Source: an uncultured delta proteobacterium
GTDB taxonomy: Bacteria; Myxococcota_A; Polyangia; Fen-1088
Reading direction: 5' to 3'
Length of the DNA stretch: 64,000 bases
NCBI GenBank assembly: GCA_963796685.1
Contig: CAWCMR010000008.1
Coordinates: forward strand, 160,001 to 224,000
The notes under the pieces were generated by a model. It did no database searches and was not told the origin of the DNA. It saw nothing but the letters and a program-made list of their open reading frames with translations. Position numbers and translations under genes: made by a program. Positions 47,491 through 57,188 of the stretch are shown in pieces; the first letter of the stretch is position 1, and the number at the start of each line of letters is the position of its first letter.

Positions 47491-49763
47491 GGTTTCGCCT
47501 GGTCCACAAGCTCGCCACGTACCTGCTGGCCGCCACCGCCGTGTTCACGCTCGGCACCTCCGGCATCCTGTCTTCTTTCACCTTGGTGCTGGTGGTTCTC
47601 TTCTCGGCGCTGTCCTGGTACGCGGATGTGGAGACCCGCATCGGCCAACGCATCGGCCGGGCGACGGTCCTGTTCAATGTGGTGACCCTGGTCCTGCTGG
47701 CCGGCGCGGTCTTTCAAGTCGCGCGCAGCTTTCCCGATGTCGACCTCCTGCCCTTCCTCGATTTCGTCCTCTTCCTCCTCGTGCTCAAGCTGTGCCAGCG
47801 CCGCTCCAACCGCGACTACCTGCAGGTCTACATTCTGTCCTTCCTGGTGATGCTGGCCGCCGCCTGGTTGGCCACCAGCGTGATCTTCATCGTGGGGTTC
47901 GGTTTCTACGTCCTGCTCGCCACCTGGACCCTGGTGCTCTTCCACCTCCGCCGCGAGATCGAAGAGAACTACATCGTCCGCCACGCCAGCGAATCGAAGA
48001 CCGAGCAGGTCACCGCCACCCGCGTGCTCAACTCGCGCCGGGTGGTGGGTCCGGCCTTCTTCGCCACCACCGGCGTGGTGGCGTTGTTCGTGCTTCTGGG
48101 ATCGTCGCTGGTCTTTGCCCTGGTGCCACGCGTGGGCCTGGGCTTCATCCTGGGCGGCGTCCGCCGTCCCGTCGGCGTGGCCGGCTTCACCGACGAGGTC
48201 AAGCTGGGCATGTACGGCGTGATCTCCACCGACAACGAAACCGTCGTGCTTCGCTCGCAGGTCCCGGCCATCGCGGCCATCGCCGACGACGGCATCCGCA
48301 ATCGGGTCATATCGTCCCTATACTGGCGCGGCACCGTCTACGACACCTACGACAGGGGCCAATGGCTGCGTTCGCGCGACGCGAAGACGCGCACCCGGCT
48401 GGCCTCCTTCCAGTCGCCCATCGAGCTTTCCCGCGGCTACCTTCTCACCGACCCGTTCGAGGTCGATCCTCCGCGCGGCCGGCGGGCCGCGATCAGCGGC
48501 GCCATCGAACAGACCGTCGAGATCGTCGCTCTGTCGCACCCCGTGGCCTTCGCGCTCGACCGCCCTGTGCTGTTCGAGATTCCCCCACCGCCCGCGGGCT
48601 CATTCACGGCGGTCGACCTGGAAGCGCGCTGGTCCGACGAGGTGTCGCTGCGCATGTTCCGCGTGAACCCCGCGAATCCCTACGACCGGCACCAGGCCAT
48701 GACCGAATTTCTGGGTGCCCGCTACCGCGTCTACTCCCGCGAGGCCGATCGCGCCCACCCCGGACGTGCCAACCTGCCCGTGGAACAACTGGCGCCCAGG
48801 GTCTTCGACAACTACTTGCGGATTCCCGCCTCGCTGACCGCGCGCGTGTCGGCCTTGGCCAGGGACATCACGGCCGGACAGGCAACGCCCGCCGCCAAGG
48901 TGCAGGTGGTGGTGGCGTGGTTGCAGCGAACCCACGGCTACACCACGAATCTGAAACGCGACGAGCGCATCGCCGATCCGCTGGAGGACTTCCTTTTCGC
49001 CGAGAAGGACGGCCACTGCGAGTACTTTGCGTCCGCGGCGGCCATCCTCTTGCGCGCCGGCGGCGTGCCCACGCGCTACGTGAATGGTTTCCTAGGCGGG
49101 GAATGGAACGACCTGCGCCAGGCCATCACGGTCAGGGAGAACCGCGCGCATTCGTGGATCGAAGCCTATCTCGGTCGCGAAGGCTGGGTGCGCGTCGATG
49201 CCACGCCGGCTCTCAACCGCAATTCGCGCATGGGCACGTTCCGACAACTGCTCGACTCCGCCGAGCTGCTCTGGAATCGCTGGGTCGTGGAATACAACGC
49301 CAGCCAACAGCTCCTGCTGGCCCAGCGACTGGGGAAGAGGCTCGGATTCTCGGGTCGATCCTTCGTCGGCGGACATCGTGCCACCGGACTTACGCGGCGG
49401 CAGGCACTGGTCGTCACCGGTATCCTGATCCTCGCCATCGCCGTCATCAGTCAACGCAAACGCCTGCTCGGCTGGCGCAGAGGACAGTCGGCCGGGGACA
49501 GAGCCCAGCCCGGCGAAGTCCCCATCGCCCGCGTCTACCACGCGACGGTCAAGCGCCTGGCCGCCGCCGGCCTGCCTCGCCGGCCGTGGGAAACTCCGCA
49601 CGAATACCTCGCCCGCCTGGAAGACACCAGTCTGGAAGGCGCGGACGTGCTCGCGCGCCTGACCGAGCTTTATGCCTCCGCGCGCTACGGCGACGTGGAG
49701 ATCCCCCCCGACGTCGTGATGCGCATCCGGAGCGAATGCGGCCAGATCGGCATTTCGGAGTAG
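47487..49763 (+). CDS. Membrane transglutaminase (DUF3488 + TGase + DUF4129)
   Basis: YWRG..YD.Y, GHCEYFAS, R.V.GF.GGE, AHSW.E, W...D.TP, ETP.EY, LY..ARYG. Confidence 0.93.
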   Translation: MRFRLVHKLATYLLAATAVFTLGTSGILSSFTLVLVVLFSALSWYADVETRIGQRIGRATVLFNVVTLVLLAGAVFQVARSFPDVDLLPFLDFVLFLLVLKLCQRRSNRDYLQVYILSFLVMLAAAWLATSVIFIVGFGFYVLLATWTLVLFHLRREIEENYIVRHASESKTEQVTATRVLNSRRVVGPAFFATTGVVALFVLLGSSLVFALVPRVGLGFILGGVRRPVGVAGFTDEVKLGMYGVISTDNETVVLRSQVPAIAAIADDGIRNRVISSLYWRGTVYDTYDRGQWLRSRDAKTRTRLASFQSPIELSRGYLLTDPFEVDPPRGRRAAISGAIEQTVEIVALSHPVAFALDRPVLFEIPPPPAGSFTAVDLEARWSDEVSLRMFRVNPANPYDRHQAMTEFLGARYRVYSREADRAHPGRANLPVEQLAPRVFDNYLRIPASLTARVSALARDITAGQATPAAKVQVVVAWLQRTHGYTTNLKRDERIADPLEDFLFAEKDGHCEYFASAAAILLRAGGVPTRYVNGFLGGEWNDLRQAITVRENRAHSWIEAYLGREGWVRVDATPALNRNSRMGTFRQLLDSAELLWNRWVVEYNASQQLLLAQRLGKRLGFSGRSFVGGHRATGLTRRQALVVTGILILAIAVISQRKRLLGWRRGQSAGDRAQPGEVPIARVYHATVKRLAAAGLPRRPWETPHEYLARLEDTSLEGADVLARLTELYASARYGDVEIPPDVVMRIRSECGQIGISE

Positions 49764-49828
49764 TCGCGACAACGCCATCGCTTCACTTTGAACGCCTCGG
49801 AAAACCCGGCCAAGCTGGGCAGCTAGAA

Positions 49829-49974
49829 TGGCAAGGTGCTTTGCCAACTTGGCAAGAGCTTGGGATTCCTCATGCCAGCAGATCAGAACCCCGCCCAGGA
49901 CAGCGACGACTGCGTAACTTTCACTAGTGATATCAATTAGATGAGGCTAAACACCAAACGGCACCCGCATTGCA
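49829..49974 (+). promoter_or_regulatory. Candidate sigma-54 promoter with upstream activator palindrome and IHF-like site
   Basis: TGGCAA-N6-TTGCCA-N3-TGGCAA (49829-49855); TATCAATTAGATG (49931-49943); CGGCACCCGCATTGCA (49959-49974). Confidence 0.5.
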
Positions 49975-49991
49975 AGGTCTTGCCTTGGCAT

Positions 49992-52103
49992 ATGCGTTCA
50001 GCACCCCGCGTCCCCAGATCACCCCTCGTCGGCCTCATCGTCGCTACATTCGCGCTTCTCGCAGCCGGCCGCGCCTCGGCGCAGTATGGGGGCACAAGTG
50101 GTACCGGCACCGGCGGTGTCACGGGTACGACCGGCTCCCTAGCTGCCACGGACTTCACCATCCTCTTCAATGGCTACTTCGATGGGAAGTGGGTCCAGAT
50201 GAACTCGACCACGCAGCAGTACTACTTCAACCAGGCACGCTGTCTGTGTGACACGGATCCCAACGGCGAGTTCGAGGTCATCGTGCAGCCTGGCGCTGGT
50301 GCCGGAGCGAAGATTCAGGGTCAGCTCGAAAACAGCCTGACGGGGGGGGGGCAAGGAGCCTCGTACTTATTCGCTGGCGCCCAAGGCTACGACTGCCTCA
50401 ATCCAACCGCCTATGCCGGAGGCCTCGGAACCTTTTGCACCAATCTCATCGACCCGGGCAGCGGCTACAAGGGAACGCTTTTCTCGACCATGGCGGCCTT
50501 CGGGAACGTGAATTACATTCCGAGTGGTCCGATTCCCGTTGCCTACCTCTTCAATTCCCTGAGCAACCCTACCTGTGGTTCCAATGGCACTTGCCATTCG
50601 CCAGCTGCGTGCAAGACGACGAGCACACAGACGAATCTCCAGCTCTGGATCCAAACCAACTCTGGCGTCACTCCGGACTTCGACTCAAGTCCACCGGCCC
50701 CCGTCAGCCTGGTGGGTTATGTTCCGGTGACACCCGCCAACGTTGCAGCCGAGGGCGGCAACGAGGCGCTGAAGGTGAGTTGGGACTGGGGGGGGGTCAA
50801 CATCGCCACCGACACAACGCTGAGCGGGGTTCAGATTTTTTGTCGACGCGGCGCCACCGATCAGGTTTTCCCTACCGGCTCGTTTGGCGCGGCCTACCAG
50901 ACTCCCGCGACGCTGTGCCCGAACAATGTCGCCGCCGTTGCCGCCGCCAGCACCGACGGTCCATTCTCCAATCTCGATCCCAAGTACCTGTGCTCGGGAC
51001 TTATCCCCGCTGTCTCGAACAGCTACCGCATCACCGGGTTGCAGAACGGAATCCAGTACGGCGTCGGCGTCGCGGCGGTAGACAGGTACGGCAACATCGG
51101 AGCCATCGCCAACGTCGTCTACGGGGTACCCATCCCGACCGTGGATTTCTACGCGGAATACAAGGACGACGGCGGGTCTGGCCAGGGCGGCTTCTGCGCG
51201 TTGGTCAGCCAGCACGCTCGGCCGGGCGTTCTCACGGTCCTGTGTCTGGCAGCGCTGGGCCTGGTGCTGCATCTGCGCCGCCGATCGAGACGGCGCCGTC
51301 GACCCGGCGCCGGGACGCTCGCGGTCCTTCTCGTGGCAGGCACGCTGACGTCCGCCCAAGCGCACGCGCAGGTCGGATACGGCGGCACCTCCTTCGTCGA
51401 TGATGGCGCGGACGAGGCGTGGGAGGGAAGCCCGCGCGAGTACGCCATCGAGGCGCGTTTCGGGCTGTATACGCCGAACGTCGACTCGGAATTCGGCAAG
51501 GGCAATACGCCGCAGGCCTCAGTCTTCGGCAGCAAGAAGCGCCCCATGTGGCAGTTCGAATTCGACTGGGAATTCCTGCAGGAATTCGGCACGCTCGCCC
51601 TCGGCGGGGTCCTTGGCTACTACAAGGAGAACGCGCTGGCCTGCAAGCAGTCCGGGCTCCAGGCAGACGGCAGCTGTAACGATCGCTCAGGCGACAACAC
51701 TGGCCTGCGCTTGATTCCGCTGGCGGCCCTGCTCGTCTACCGCATGGATGAAGCCGCCAAGCGATGGAACATCCCCCTCGTGCCCTACGCGAAGATCGGG
51801 CTCAACTACACCATTTGGACGATCACCAACGGGAACGGGGATGTTGCGTGGTATCAGGATGCCAAGGGCCAGAGCACCAAGGGGCAGGGCGGCACCATGG
51901 GCTGGCAGGCGGCCGTGGGAATTTCCCTGCAGCTCGACTTCCTCGATCCGAGCTCCGCGCGCGGTTTCGACGCGGATTCCGGCGTAAACCACACCTATGC
52001 CTTCTTCGAGCTCGACCACGTGGATGGCTCGGGCCTCTACCGCAAGGACGTCCTGCGCGTCGGCGACGACACCTGGTTCGCCGGGTTGATGTTCGAGTTT
52101 TGA
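49992..52103 (+). CDS. Fusion of an MXAN_2561-like FN3/MYXO-CTERM surface protein and an MXAN_2562-like outer-membrane beta-barrel
   Basis: Signal peptide; Cys-rich and FN3-like domain (LQNG..Y.VGVAAVD..GN); PT.DFY..Y...GG...GGFC-TM-RRR; second signal AHA-Q; barrel ending ..GLMFEF. Confidence 0.75.
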   Translation: MRSAPRVPRSPLVGLIVATFALLAAGRASAQYGGTSGTGTGGVTGTTGSLAATDFTILFNGYFDGKWVQMNSTTQQYYFNQARCLCDTDPNGEFEVIVQPGAGAGAKIQGQLENSLTGGGQGASYLFAGAQGYDCLNPTAYAGGLGTFCTNLIDPGSGYKGTLFSTMAAFGNVNYIPSGPIPVAYLFNSLSNPTCGSNGTCHSPAACKTTSTQTNLQLWIQTNSGVTPDFDSSPPAPVSLVGYVPVTPANVAAEGGNEALKVSWDWGGVNIATDTTLSGVQIFCRRGATDQVFPTGSFGAAYQTPATLCPNNVAAVAAASTDGPFSNLDPKYLCSGLIPAVSNSYRITGLQNGIQYGVGVAAVDRYGNIGAIANVVYGVPIPTVDFYAEYKDDGGSGQGGFCALVSQHARPGVLTVLCLAALGLVLHLRRRSRRRRRPGAGTLAVLLVAGTLTSAQAHAQVGYGGTSFVDDGADEAWEGSPREYAIEARFGLYTPNVDSEFGKGNTPQASVFGSKKRPMWQFEFDWEFLQEFGTLALGGVLGYYKENALACKQSGLQADGSCNDRSGDNTGLRLIPLAALLVYRMDEAAKRWNIPLVPYAKIGLNYTIWTITNGNGDVAWYQDAKGQSTKGQGGTMGWQAAVGISLQLDFLDPSSARGFDADSGVNHTYAFFELDHVDGSGLYRKDVLRVGDDTWFAGLMFEF

Positions 52104-52104
52104 G

Positions 52105-52866
52105 ATGGCGTCCGCGGACGCGCCCCCTACCCTGCGCACGCTGAAGCTGGTCGTCGAATACGACGGCACCAACTTCGCGGGCTGGCAGCGCCAGCACGGA
52201 CAGCGCACGGTGCAGGGTTGCTTGGAAGAAGCCTTCCGCGCCATGACCGGCCAGCCCGTGGTCGTACGCGGCGCCGGCCGTACCGACGCGGGCGTGCACG
52301 CCGAGGGTCAGGTGGCCAGCGTCGAGGTCTCCTCGCGCATCCCCACGCTGGGGTTCCTGCGCGGAATCAACACGAACGTGCCCCCCGAGATCGCGGTTCT
52401 CGAGGTCACCGACATGCCCGCGGCCTTCAATGCTCGGCACGATGCCCGCGGCAAGATCTACCGGTACCGGGTGTGGAACCACCCCGTCCGCTCGCCCGGG
52501 CTGGCGCGCTCGTCGTGGCACGTCTACGACCCGCTCGACACCCATGCCATGCGCGAGGCCGCCCGGTGCCTCCTCGGCCAGCATGACTTCCGCTCTTTTC
52601 GATCGTCGGATTGCGATCGCCTGAACACGGTTCGCATCATCCGGCGCTTCGACGTGCGACGAGAGGGCGCGCTGTTGTCGTTCGAAGTGGAGGGCACGGC
52701 CTTCCTGCGCAACATGGTGCGCATCCTGGCCGGAACCTTGGTCGCCGTCGGCAAGGGTAAGATGACTCCCGACGAAGTCGCGGCCCTGCTCACCACCTTC
52801 GACCGCACCCGGGCTGGCGTCACCGCGCCCGCGTGCGGGCTCACCCTGGTGCGGGTGATTTATTAG
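52105..52866 (+). CDS. truA: tRNA pseudouridine(38-40) synthase
   Basis: YDGT.F.GWQ.Q, GAGRTDAGVHA.GQV, HDF.SF, FL.NMVR, TAPA.GL.L..V.Y. Confidence 0.97.
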   Translation: MASADAPPTLRTLKLVVEYDGTNFAGWQRQHGQRTVQGCLEEAFRAMTGQPVVVRGAGRTDAGVHAEGQVASVEVSSRIPTLGFLRGINTNVPPEIAVLEVTDMPAAFNARHDARGKIYRYRVWNHPVRSPGLARSSWHVYDPLDTHAMREAARCLLGQHDFRSFRSSDCDRLNTVRIIRRFDVRREGALLSFEVEGTAFLRNMVRILAGTLVAVGKGKMTPDEVAALLTTFDRTRAGVTAPACGLTLVRVIY

Positions 52867-52877
52867 AAGAAGGACCG

Positions 52878-53150
52878 CTGACCTGAAACCACCTCGCCCC
52901 GCGAAGCGGGGAGAGGTCGCCGAGCGCAGCGAGGCGGGTGAGGGGCATCGGTCTGTCGTGCCGTTGAATCTCGTCGTGCTCCTTCGCCTTTGGTGGCGAG
53001 CGTAGCCCAGCTTTGCTGGGCGAAGCGAGGGGGGGACCGGGGGACTGCGAGCGCGAGCGAGCCAGTCCCCCGTAAGATACAAGGGGCTGCCGCGTTTCAG
53101 GACCGAGGGATCCGGGCCATCGGCCCGGCGGCGTTACTGGAAGGGTCCTT
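52878..53150. repeat. REP-like element copy C, interrupted by a 141-bp palindromic insert
   Basis: Both halves match copies A and B; AGGGGC is present at 52941-52946 and again at 53082-53087. Confidence 0.85.
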
Positions 53151-53220
53151 CACATCCAGACCCGAATAACACTGTACGCCCGCGTCGTTTCATGGTGTGA
53201 TGACGCCAGGAGGGATCGCG

Positions 53221-53979
53221 ATGATGAAGACCTTGGCGGCGGTTGTAGCTTGTTTGTTGGTTCCTGGCCTGGCGGCCGCGCAGTACGGGGATGCACCCCC
53301 GGCATACTACGCTCCACCCCCGGCTGGACCGCCACCCGGCTACGCTCAACCAGCCGCCCCGCCAGGCTACTACTCGTCCCGAGAACAATACGCACCCCCA
53401 GAGCCGAGCGCGAATCTCGAGGGCCTCGCCCTTTCGGCTGCGCTTGGATATGGCACAGCATTCGGCGGCCTCATGAAGGACGGCAGTGGAAACGATCTGA
53501 CCATGAGCGATGGCATCTCGGGTCAGATACCACTCTCGCTTGGCGTTGGATATCGCGCGAATCCCCTGTTCTCGTTCGGTGTGGCATTTCAGTACGCGCC
53601 CCTGACGACCAAGAACTGCGATCCTGGCTCGTCGTGCTCCGCCTCGGACACCCGCATCGGGGTAGAAGGGCGGCTTCATCTCGTGGCCGAGCAGTCATTT
53701 TCGCCTTGGCTCTCGGGAGGCATCGGCTACGAGTGGTTCAGCCTGTCGGAGTCGGGAGCGTACGTGGGAGATCTAACTCTCAAGGGTCTCGATTTCGAGT
53801 TTCAGGCGGGTGGGGATTTCCGCGTGAACAGCACCTTTACCCTTGGACCTTACCTTGGCTTGAGATTCGGAACATACGACTCCGCGTCCTCCGGGAGTGC
53901 CTCGGCCGACATACCCGATGCGAACCAAACCAGTCACGGCTGGGTTACGTTCGGAATCCGGGGCGCGTTCACGATTTAG
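53221..53979 (+). CDS. Outer-membrane beta-barrel protein with a Pro/Tyr-rich N-terminus
   Basis: Signal peptide, PPGY repeats, amphipathic strands, terminal GIRGAFTI. Confidence 0.8.
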   Translation: MMKTLAAVVACLLVPGLAAAQYGDAPPAYYAPPPAGPPPGYAQPAAPPGYYSSREQYAPPEPSANLEGLALSAALGYGTAFGGLMKDGSGNDLTMSDGISGQIPLSLGVGYRANPLFSFGVAFQYAPLTTKNCDPGSSCSASDTRIGVEGRLHLVAEQSFSPWLSGGIGYEWFSLSESGAYVGDLTLKGLDFEFQAGGDFRVNSTFTLGPYLGLRFGTYDSASSGSASADIPDANQTSHGWVTFGIRGAFTI

Positions 53980-54725
53980 GCGCTCTTGCTGCCGAGCGAG
54001 GCTTTCGACTTCTCGGTAAGGAGCACTTCCACCGCGACGCGCACGCGTTCGTTCAGGGTCGCGCGCTCCTCGTCGGAGAGGCCCTGGGTGGCGATGGGCT
54101 CGCCGATGATGACGGTCATCGTTCCGCTGCGCAGAAGAAGGCTCCCGGCTGGCATCAGCTCGCGCGTTCCGCGCAGTGCCAACGGCACGATGGGAACCCC
54201 GGCCTTGATGGCGAGGTGAAAGCCTCCCTTCTTGAACGTGCCCAGCGTGCCGTCGCGGGTCCGCGTGCCCTCGGGAAACAGCAAGACGGAATCGCCGTCG
54301 TGGATGCGCCGCCCGGCCTCGTCGATGCTTCGCCGGGCGGCCACTCCGTTTTGGCGATCGATGAAGATGAAGCGGCCCGCCCACATGACCCACCCGAACA
54401 GCGGGATGCGCGCGAGCTGCCGCTTGGCGATCAAGCGAATCCGACGCGGAATCGCCACGAAGACCGCCCAGATGTCGAGCGAGGAGGCATGGTTGGCCAT
54501 GAACACATAGGGCCTGTCGGGGAGCAAGTTGGCGCGGTTCTCGACCACGATCTTCACGCCCGCGAAGGACGTTATCCAGCGCGACCAGGCGCGGGCCAGA
54601 TCCAGGATGAGATCCCCGCTCTTGTCCACGAGGCGCGTCGCCAAGCCCACGAGGCTGCCCAGGATGGTGACCACGGCGATGAACAAAACAGTCAAAGCGG
54701 CTCTAAGGAACGACACAGAGAGCAT
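53976..54725 (-). CDS. plsC: 1-acyl-sn-glycerol-3-phosphate acyltransferase
   Basis: NHASSLD, FIDR, FPEGTR, FKKGGF. Confidence 0.92.
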   Translation of the reverse strand: MLSVSFLRAALTVLFIAVVTILGSLVGLATRLVDKSGDLILDLARAWSRWITSFAGVKIVVENRANLLPDRPYVFMANHASSLDIWAVFVAIPRRIRLIAKRQLARIPLFGWVMWAGRFIFIDRQNGVAARRSIDEAGRRIHDGDSVLLFPEGTRTRDGTLGTFKKGGFHLAIKAGVPIVPLALRGTRELMPAGSLLLRSGTMTVIIGEPIATQGLSDEERATLNERVRVAVEVLLTEKSKASLGSKSA

Positions 54726-54736
54726 GCTATCCTCTC

Positions 54737-55681
54737 GTGGTGGATTTCCGGAAGACCTACTACATCCTTCCAAACCTTTTCACACTGTCATCCGTGCTGT
54801 GTGGGTTCGCGTCGCTCGCGCTGTGCGCCTCTGGCCGCAGCGGAGCGGATCTGTATTTCGCGGCGCTGGCCATCTGCTTCGGCTTGGTCTTCGACACCTT
54901 CGACGGCCGCGTGGCACGCCTGACCAAGACGCAGACCGATCTCGGCCGCGATCTCGATTCGCTGGCCGACGTCATCACCTTCGGCGCTGCGCCAGCCCTG
55001 CTCGTATACAAGTGGGGCCTGACCGATTTCGGCTATACCGGGATCTTCGTCGCGGGCCTTTTCGTCTGCGCTGGCGCCATGCGCCTGGCCCGCTTCAACG
55101 TGCTGTCCCGGCGCGACGAAAGCTCGGGGCACAAGAAACCGGGCAAGTTCACCCTGGGGCTGCCCATTCCTCCCGCGGCCAGCCTGCTGGTGTTCATGGT
55201 CATCGTCAGCCACAACAGCAGCGAGTACAGGCTGGTCAGCGAGAGCTCCACCGCCGTGATCGTGCTGATCTTGTCCTTCTTGATGGTCTCGCGCGTCCGA
55301 TTTCGTTCGTTCAAGGAGCTGCGCCTGAGCCTGAAGACGGTGGGCGTGGTGCTGCTCATCTGCGGCGCGAGCGCGACGTGGGTGATGGGCGGTTTCGCCA
55401 AGGCCTTCATCTTCCTGTTCCTGGTGCTGGCCTACATCGTTCTTGGACTGGCCGAGGAAGTGTTGTTCTACCGCCGGCGGCGCGCGCAAGAGCGCAGCGC
55501 CAAACAGTCGGCCCTTCAGGAACCGCCCACGGTTCCCGACGAAGAGGTGCTGCGCGAGCTGGGCGCCTTCGACGACGAAGAGCCCCAGGACAAGCAACCG
55601 ACCGCCAAGGGGAGCGATACCAACAGCGCAGCCAGCGGATCCACCGACGATCCGCTGTCAACACGGGCCGTCAGACACTAG
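54737..55681 (+). CDS. pssA: CDP-diacylglycerol-serine O-phosphatidyltransferase
   Basis: LPNLFT, D..DGRVAR......G..LDSLAD...FG.APA, RLARFN, GLP.P.AA. Confidence 0.93.
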   Translation: MVDFRKTYYILPNLFTLSSVLCGFASLALCASGRSGADLYFAALAICFGLVFDTFDGRVARLTKTQTDLGRDLDSLADVITFGAAPALLVYKWGLTDFGYTGIFVAGLFVCAGAMRLARFNVLSRRDESSGHKKPGKFTLGLPIPPAASLLVFMVIVSHNSSEYRLVSESSTAVIVLILSFLMVSRVRFRSFKELRLSLKTVGVVLLICGASATWVMGGFAKAFIFLFLVLAYIVLGLAEEVLFYRRRRAQERSAKQSALQEPPTVPDEEVLRELGAFDDEEPQDKQPTAKGSDTNSAASGSTDDPLSTRAVRH

Positions 55682-57075
55682 TTCTTCGCCACTACCGGCG
55701 GCAGCGATTTGAGAGTCGCGACGCGAGAACGGATGGCTTCGAGGTAGGCGACGCGATTGGGCGGTCCGGGCTCGCGCTGGACCGAGAGCTTGGACGGATC
55801 GATGTAGTGGCCGTTCTTGACCACGCTGAAGTGCAGGTGCGGTCCCGTGGAAAGCCCCGTCGTGCCCACGAATCCGATGACCTCCTTCTGCGCCACCTGC
55901 TTGCCCGGCTTGATGCCCTTGGCGAAGCGGGACAGGTGGAAGTAGCGTGTTTGCAGGCCGTTCGCGTGCTGAAGCACGATGGTGTTTCCCGAGCCCCTCA
56001 TCATCTCGGCTTGCAGCACCTTTCCGCTGGCCGGCGCCCATACGGGCGTCCCGACCGGCGCCGCGTAGTCGATGCCGAGATGCGCCCGGATCGTATGCAG
56101 GATGGGGTGGAAACGCTTGAGGTCGAATTTCGAGCTGATGCGCACGTAGCGCAGCGGCGTCTTGAGCATGCTCTTGGCGAGCGCCTGGCCCTTCTCGTCG
56201 TAGTAACGGCCGCGACCGCGCTCGCCCGTCGGGTTCCAGTAGAAACCACGGAAGGTGCCGGTCTTGCCGCTGTACTCGACGGCCAGCAGCTTGCCGTACT
56301 TGTAGAACTGACCGCCCAGATACTGTTTCTCGACCACGACCTTCCAGTGATCGCCGGGATGGGTGTCGGTGTAGAAGTTGATGTCCCAGGCGAACACGTC
56401 GACGATCAGGCTGACCAGGGCGCCGGACTCGCCGGCCTTGGCGACCGACTCGTACAACGACGACTCGATGGTACCGTAGGCCTGCCCGGTCTTGATCTCG
56501 ACGGGCTTTTCCTGCTTCTTGGCCTGCCAGCTTCCATCCTCCTGGCGCTTGACCAGGTAGCGCAACACCGGAGATGGCACGTATTCGAAGCTCTCCGGCG
56601 TGCCCTCGTCGTCGCGGTCGACCTGGTACCTTTCGCCGGCCCGGATCAATTTCGGATCGATGAGCTTGTCGAGCGCCGCGCTGACGTTGGCCACCGAGCT
56701 GCCGAAGCCTTCGCGCAAAAGTACCGTACTGAGCGTGTCCGACGGCCCGAACTGCCCGGTCAACGTATTGTCATCGAAGCCGACCCCCGGGCCGGCCCCG
56801 GCCCCGCCGGTCGCCTTCGGCGGCTTCTTCGCATCGTACGCCGCGCCCAACAGGGATGGAGGAATCGATTCCGCAAGGGCCTCGTGCTGCCCGTCGGACA
56901 GGGTCTTGCTGGTCGACACCGGCTTCATGAGGCTGCCCACCGAGGTGTCGTGGCGCAGGAAGAAGTAGTAGACGTTGACCGCCGTCAGCGCGACCAAAAG
57001 TGCACCCAGCCCTAGCGAGCTGCGTAACTGCTGAGGTCGGCGCTTCTTGCGCCTGGGGACGAGCGGACGGGCCAC
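55678..57075 (-). CDS. M23 family murein endopeptidase (MepM-like)
   Basis: RISS.F...R.HPIL....AH.G.DYAAP.GTPV, Y.HLS, IG.VG.TG.STGPHLHF. Confidence 0.93.
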   Translation of the reverse strand: MARPLVPRRKKRRPQQLRSSLGLGALLVALTAVNVYYFFLRHDTSVGSLMKPVSTSKTLSDGQHEALAESIPPSLLGAAYDAKKPPKATGGAGAGPGVGFDDNTLTGQFGPSDTLSTVLLREGFGSSVANVSAALDKLIDPKLIRAGERYQVDRDDEGTPESFEYVPSPVLRYLVKRQEDGSWQAKKQEKPVEIKTGQAYGTIESSLYESVAKAGESGALVSLIVDVFAWDINFYTDTHPGDHWKVVVEKQYLGGQFYKYGKLLAVEYSGKTGTFRGFYWNPTGERGRGRYYDEKGQALAKSMLKTPLRYVRISSKFDLKRFHPILHTIRAHLGIDYAAPVGTPVWAPASGKVLQAEMMRGSGNTIVLQHANGLQTRYFHLSRFAKGIKPGKQVAQKEVIGFVGTTGLSTGPHLHFSVVKNGHYIDPSKLSVQREPGPPNRVAYLEAIRSRVATLKSLPPVVAKN

Positions 57076-57188
57076 CCCTTATAACCACCACAGCGACGGC
57101 GATACGTCAACTTGAGATGGGAACCCTGGGAGGGTTCCGCGTTGCACTCGGCACCTGCCACACGCCCCGCCTGCCCCGCTCCTCCGAC

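Noticed and set aside
45410-49763. MoxR-DUF58-transglutaminase as a novel system
   Set aside because: A well-known, widespread operon.
57076-57188. 6S RNA (ssrS), often found downstream of zapA
   Set aside because: The spacer is only about 113 nt with one short hairpin (ggaaccct/agggttcc), too short for the roughly 180-nt 6S rod.
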